From: a virus
Lineage: Duplodnaviria > Caudoviricetes
Length of the DNA: 59,922 bases
Virus record (IMG/VR): IMGVR_UViG_3300032231_000003
Location: 1 to 59,922 of that record
Reading direction: 5' to 3' (one strand)
Below the pieces are notes generated by a model, which was given only the letters and a program-made list of their open reading frames with translations, did not search any database and was not told where the DNA came from. The translations under genes and the position numbers were made by a program. Below are positions 56,174-59,922 of this stretch, piece after piece (position 1 is the stretch's first letter; each line of letters begins with the position of its first letter).

Positions 56174-56662
56174 ATGTTAGAACATAAGAAAAAAATTTGT
56201 TCTGCAAAATGTTCTGATTGTAATCAAACAACCTGTGTTTTTTGTCCTGTTTGTAATATGCCTTTTTCTATATGGAAACAATTACAAGAATGTCCAGGCG
56301 AATTCGTAACAGAAGAACAAAAAATATTAATAGAATTAAACGAACTTAATTTTATAGATGGGAAATGGGTTTACACAAACAACACACAAACAAATAAACA
56401 AAAAATAAGACCCGTTTTTTGGAAAATAAACAGTGAGTATGGCAAGATTGGAAAAACACCTAACATACAAAAAAAACCACACGCTTTGTTGGACATAAAA
56501 GATCTCGTTTTTGATACAGAAGAAAAGGCGAAAGAATTTCTATTAGCTTTTCTTGAAGCAAAAAAAGAAACGTTTAAGTGTTTTTTAAAGCATGGAGAAT
56601 ACATAAACAGTAAAACAATTCTTGCTTTAGAAGATGAATTACTTGAGCTTAAAAAGGTATAA
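56174..56662 (+). CDS. Hypothetical protein with Cys-rich N-terminus
   Basis: CSDC..CPVC..C; GGAG RBS. Confidence 0.65.
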   Translation: MLEHKKKICSAKCSDCNQTTCVFCPVCNMPFSIWKQLQECPGEFVTEEQKILIELNELNFIDGKWVYTNNTQTNKQKIRPVFWKINSEYGKIGKTPNIQKKPHALLDIKDLVFDTEEKAKEFLLAFLEAKKETFKCFLKHGEYINSKTILALEDELLELKKV

Positions 56663-56766
56663 ATTAATTTATTTTAAAAGGCAACAGAACACACAACAAC
56701 TAATTCCCTTATTCCCACTTTTTATTCATCTTTATTAGAAGTTGGACACAGACAAAAGGAGCCACA

Positions 56767-57600
56767 ATGCACAAAACACTTAAAATATCAGAAGTTTTTT
56801 CTAAGACACCAGGCCCCCGATACATTTTAGAAGGAAATTTTTCAGGGGAATTGTTTAGAAAAAAACACCTATTTCCAGAAATAAAAGATTCAATAGAAAA
56901 AAAAACTAAACTCGTTGTTGATTTAGATGGAACAAATGGCTACGGTTCATCTTTCTTGGAAGAAGCGTTCAGAGGATTGGTTAGAGAAGAAGGCTTAGCT
57001 GTGCATGAGGTATTGAATGTCTTAGTTATAAAGTCGGACGAGGAAGAACATTTAGAAAATGAGGTTTTTGTATACATCAAAAAGGAAGAAGGGCAAAAAG
57101 TGGATGAATGCTTAAAAGACAAACAACATGATTTATTATTTGGAGTACGAAGATCGGTTCTATATCACAACAGGAGATATCATTTTTTTGAAAAAACAAA
57201 TAATTATATTGAATGTCTACAATATTTTCTCATATTAGTTTTTTTTACAAAAAAAGAATTATCCCTTTTTTGTTTTATTTTTTATGTAATGACAGACCAA
57301 ACAAAAAACCAAATGTTTAGAAAAACAACTCTACATTCCGGCCTCGTCAAGCGTTTTATAGCTCTCGAAAAAAAAATAGTCAAAGTCGGCGATAACATAG
57401 ACGACGACACACTAAATAACTTTACTACCGAACGCCTAGACATAGAAGCAAATGAACCCCCTATTCTAAGAGGTCTGGACTGCATTTGTCATAATCAACT
57501 TATGCGATCTATGGGGTATGATAAAAAAGACTTTGTTACTATAAGGTGGTATCAACGCTTAGTAAGTCAGTTTATTGATATTCAATCACATTCTATTTAA
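56767..57600 (+). CDS. STAS-like (DUF4325) domain fused to a SLATT-like membrane domain
   Basis: FSKTPGPRY..G.FSGE.FR..VDLDGT.GYGSSFLEEAF, then LLFGVRRS..YH.RR..FF plus a hydrophobic segment. Confidence 0.68.
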   Translation: MHKTLKISEVFSKTPGPRYILEGNFSGELFRKKHLFPEIKDSIEKKTKLVVDLDGTNGYGSSFLEEAFRGLVREEGLAVHEVLNVLVIKSDEEEHLENEVFVYIKKEEGQKVDECLKDKQHDLLFGVRRSVLYHNRRYHFFEKTNNYIECLQYFLILVFFTKKELSLFCFIFYVMTDQTKNQMFRKTTLHSGLVKRFIALEKKIVKVGDNIDDDTLNNFTTERLDIEANEPPILRGLDCICHNQLMRSMGYDKKDFVTIRWYQRLVSQFIDIQSHSI

Positions 57601-57613
57601 ACAGGAAAAATAC

Positions 57614-57643
57614 TTGACCTGTTTAAAAGGAGTGTGTTATATT
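57614..57643 (+). promoter_or_regulatory. Possible sigma70 promoter with no downstream sense gene
   Basis: TTGACC-18bp-(TGn)TATATT; the -35 lies inside inverted repeat TTTAAACAGG/CCTGTTTAAA. Confidence 0.4.
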
Positions 57644-57678
57644 TAAAGAAGGTTCAACACAACCGTTCCACAGAGGGG

Positions 57679-57720
57679 GCAGGGACACATTTTTTTGGAA
57701 GAGGGTGTGTCCTTGTTCTT
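57679..57720 (+). terminator. Long G-U-rich stem-loop at the convergence of the two arms
   Basis: GCAGGGACACATTTT...GAGGGTGTGTCCTTGT followed by TCTT. Confidence 0.55.
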
Positions 57721-57970
57721 ACTCTTTAGCGTATTTGGATAAAGTAAGAATAATTTCAGTAGACAGTTTATCTATTTTGCTAAACAAAAGTCTATGGTCT
57801 TCCCTGTTTTCTTCAAACCTCTTAGTAACATCTTCCTTTAATCCTGTCAGTAAACTACAGGAAGCGCAGTTACCTGATTTTCTTCCAACCAAAACACCAC
57901 CAACCAAAGCAACAAAACCAACTGCGATTGTGAACAACGATTCAAGATTTTGTAACATTCCTATCCTCAC
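57719..57970 (-). CDS. Small single-TM protein, holin-like
   Basis: LFTIAVGFVALVGGVLVG TM segment and coiled tail; last gene of the late arm. Confidence 0.5.
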   Translation of the reverse strand: MRIGMLQNLESLFTIAVGFVALVGGVLVGRKSGNCASCSLLTGLKEDVTKRFEENREDHRLLFSKIDKLSTEIILTLSKYAKE

Positions 57971-58314
57971 TATTTTTCTACGACTGTGAAACTTATATAA
58001 CTATTACTTGGAACATTGTGTGGCCCGACAGAATCAACAAAAACCAGTTCCCCCTTATATCTTTCTTTCTCTGAAAAGTCAGTTGTAAGAGGCCGTAATT
58101 GTATTTCACATGTAGAAGCATTAGTTATAAAAAGTTTTTGGGGGTTGTCTAGATCACTAAAGTTTTTAGAAACTCCCAAATCATTCACTAGTTCTAATCT
58201 GACTTCTGACACTCCTGTTATGTTGATTGGAGTAACACCATCACTCTCCACTCCTTGAAAGTTTAAGTAGTCAACACTCCCTACTTTCACAATAACATTT
58301 CCCAAATCGCTCAT
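57970..58314 (-). CDS. BppU-like Ig-fold tail protein
   Basis: DGVTPINITG..V...L..Y.GEL...P pattern. Confidence 0.55.
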   Translation of the reverse strand: MSDLGNVIVKVGSVDYLNFQGVESDGVTPINITGVSEVRLELVNDLGVSKNFSDLDNPQKLFITNASTCEIQLRPLTTDFSEKERYKGELVFVDSVGPHNVPSNSYISFTVVEK

Positions 58315-58318
58315 TTCT

Positions 58319-58744
58319 CTAACCTACAAATTTTAGATGAGTTTTTTTATTTAAAAATCTTACTTTGGTTTTATACAAATCAAGAACTATTTGTCCCAAA
58401 TTCCCCTGACTTGAAACAACGGTAAAAGAAAAACCATTAACCAAAATAAAGTCCTGTTCTGCCGCTGCCACACTTGAAACTACAACATAAGAAGCGGCAT
58501 CCAACAGAACAAAATCCTGATTAAATCCTCCCTCACTTGATGTGATGACGAAAGAAGAACCGTCTACCAAATCAAAATCTTGTGTTGTGTCAGCTTCACT
58601 CGAAGCTATCACAAAAGAAGAAGCATCCAGCAAAACGAGATTCGGATTATAGGCTCCTTCACTCGACACAATCGTATGGGAGCTGCCATCTAATAAAACA
58701 AAGTCTTGTCCTTTTATGTGAGTATATAATAAAATATAACTCAT
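58319..58744 (-). CDS. Tail protein with five 21-aa tandem repeats
   Basis: QDFVLLDGSS..I.SSEG unit x5. Confidence 0.75.
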   Translation of the reverse strand: MSYILLYTHIKGQDFVLLDGSSHTIVSSEGAYNPNLVLLDASSFVIASSEADTTQDFDLVDGSSFVITSSEGGFNQDFVLLDAASYVVVSSVAAAEQDFILVNGFSFTVVSSQGNLGQIVLDLYKTKVRFLNKKTHLKFVG

Positions 58745-58747
58745 AAC

Positions 58748-59179
58748 TTATACCCTGTTTATTCTTTCTTCTATGTTTTGAATTTGAATACTAAAACCAT
58801 CGGTCTTAGTAACGTCTCCATTAAAGCCTTTCCACGAAACAACAGGACTTGTACTTGGTATACCTGTATCCTTATAAATAATCGCTCCAGGTGTGGGGCC
58901 TATAGGCCCTCCTGCCGCCGTAAAGCTAATATCATTAAACGAAACGAAGGCTCTATTATTGACATCATCTTTGGCGATAGTTTTACCAGAAAGAACAATC
59001 CCCCCTGTGGAATAACCATTTCCAGCCGGCAGCTCATTTGCAGAAATAACAGATAAAAAAGAGTGAGCGACTAAATCAAAAGTGAATCCCATATTCATTA
59101 ATATTATACGGTATGTACCCGCTGCAAAAAACGCGTTTATATATTCCAACTTCATTTGGTTGGATGTTTCATTTGCCAT
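58748..59179 (-). CDS. Minor tail protein
   Basis: NEL.AGNGY.TGG..L, GAIIY motifs common in tail modules. Confidence 0.65.
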   Translation of the reverse strand: MANETSNQMKLEYINAFFAAGTYRIILMNMGFTFDLVAHSFLSVISANELPAGNGYSTGGIVLSGKTIAKDDVNNRAFVSFNDISFTAAGGPIGPTPGAIIYKDTGIPSTSPVVSWKGFNGDVTKTDGFSIQIQNIEERINRV

Positions 59180-59191
59180 TGTAGCCCCCTG

Positions 59192-59922
59192 CTAATATTT
59201 GACCAACTTCAAATGTAGTTGTGTCGGTGGAATAAACTCAAACTCCAATAATTCATATGTTACACTTGTTTCTCCTAGTCCAGGGGCAGTTAGTGTTATT
59301 TCATCCCCTATGTTTAAATCTATGTGTTTTAAGTAGGATGGGAAGGTCACTATTGTTCTGACATCACCCCGTAACAAGGATAGCTTCCCTATTAAATCCA
59401 AGGCCATTGTTGCCGAATTCACAGCAAAAAACAAATAAACTTTCTCCCTTGTGCCAAAAGAAGAAATTGTGCTTTTTGAATTTTTTGAATAAGCTTCTTT
59501 AGACTCCCAATCTCCCAAAGAATAATCCAAAAAATATTTCATTATAATTGGATCTTGAATTTCCTCAAGAGAAGATTCAGAAAAATTAACCATAATTTGA
59601 TTATTAACCAAAACACTGTCTGTGTTTGTGTTTATCACAGTTGCGCTTCCCGTTGTGTCTTTATATATTCTTAGTTTATAAAGACCCCTCTCATAGTATA
59701 TTCTACTATACGCTTGAAAAGCTAACTTGGCCAATAGGTCATTTAGCCCAATTTGGTTGTTTATAGCAAAACCAAACTGATAGGATGCGGGAAGATTCGT
59801 GTTAGTGTCTGTGAATGTTCCTGAGATGTCAATGTCAGCATGAACAGCACCATTACTATGCTCTTCTATTATATGATGTATTATTTCCGCAGGTTTCGTT
59901 ATCAGAGCATTTGGTGTTCCTG
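59192..59922 (-). CDS. 3' part of the junction-spanning tail hub gene (see 1..2807)
   Basis: Same frame through the 217-bp overlap; ends DLNIGDEITL..LVKY*. Confidence 0.85.
   Translation of the reverse strand, partial: GTPNALITKPAEIIHHIIEEHSNGAVHADIDISGTFTDTNTNLPASYQFGFAINNQIGLNDLLAKLAFQAYSRIYYERGLYKLRIYKDTTGSATVINTNTDSVLVNNQIMVNFSESSLEEIQDPIIMKYFLDYSLGDWESKEAYSKNSKSTISSFGTREKVYLFFAVNSATMALDLIGKLSLLRGDVRTIVTFPSYLKHIDLNIGDEITLTAPGLGETSVTYELLEFEFIPPTQLHLKLVKY
59706..59922. repeat. Terminal direct repeat / circular overlap, copy 2
   Basis: Matches 1-217 with one mismatch. Confidence 0.97.

Overview
The window appears to be a complete, circularly assembled tailed dsDNA phage genome of about 59.7 kb. 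Positions 1-217 are repeated at 59706-59922, and a 1106-codon tail gene missing from the ORF track runs across that junction. The genome has two divergent arms separated by a ~1.1 kb non-coding control region packed with AATTACA/TGTAATT motifs. The minus-strand arm (23.2 kb to 1, continuing 59.7 to 57.7 kb) encodes terminase, a portal-MuF fusion, a Mu-like protease and major head protein, and a non-contractile tail with a -1 frameshifted chaperone. The plus-strand arm (24.6-57.6 kb) encodes small early genes separated by a repeated hairpin-plus-RBS element (including ardA), followed by a replication and recombination set: SNF2 helicase, primase, DnaB-like helicase, clamp, clamp loader, UDG-PolA, SSB, RecA, resolvase and a split Rad50 with Mre11. 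I saw no integrase, transposase, tRNA or CRISPR array. The most notable observations are: a second, unrelated major-capsid-family gene inside an accessory island in the replication arm; a C5 methyltransferase apparently split over two overlapping reading frames; two otherwise intact genes with single in-frame stops (TAG, TGA); a covarying hairpin-delimited early gene array; an Acb2/Tad1-like sponge gene in the head operon; and a propeller protein with nested LamG domains. All family assignments come from motif recognition by eye, not database searches.
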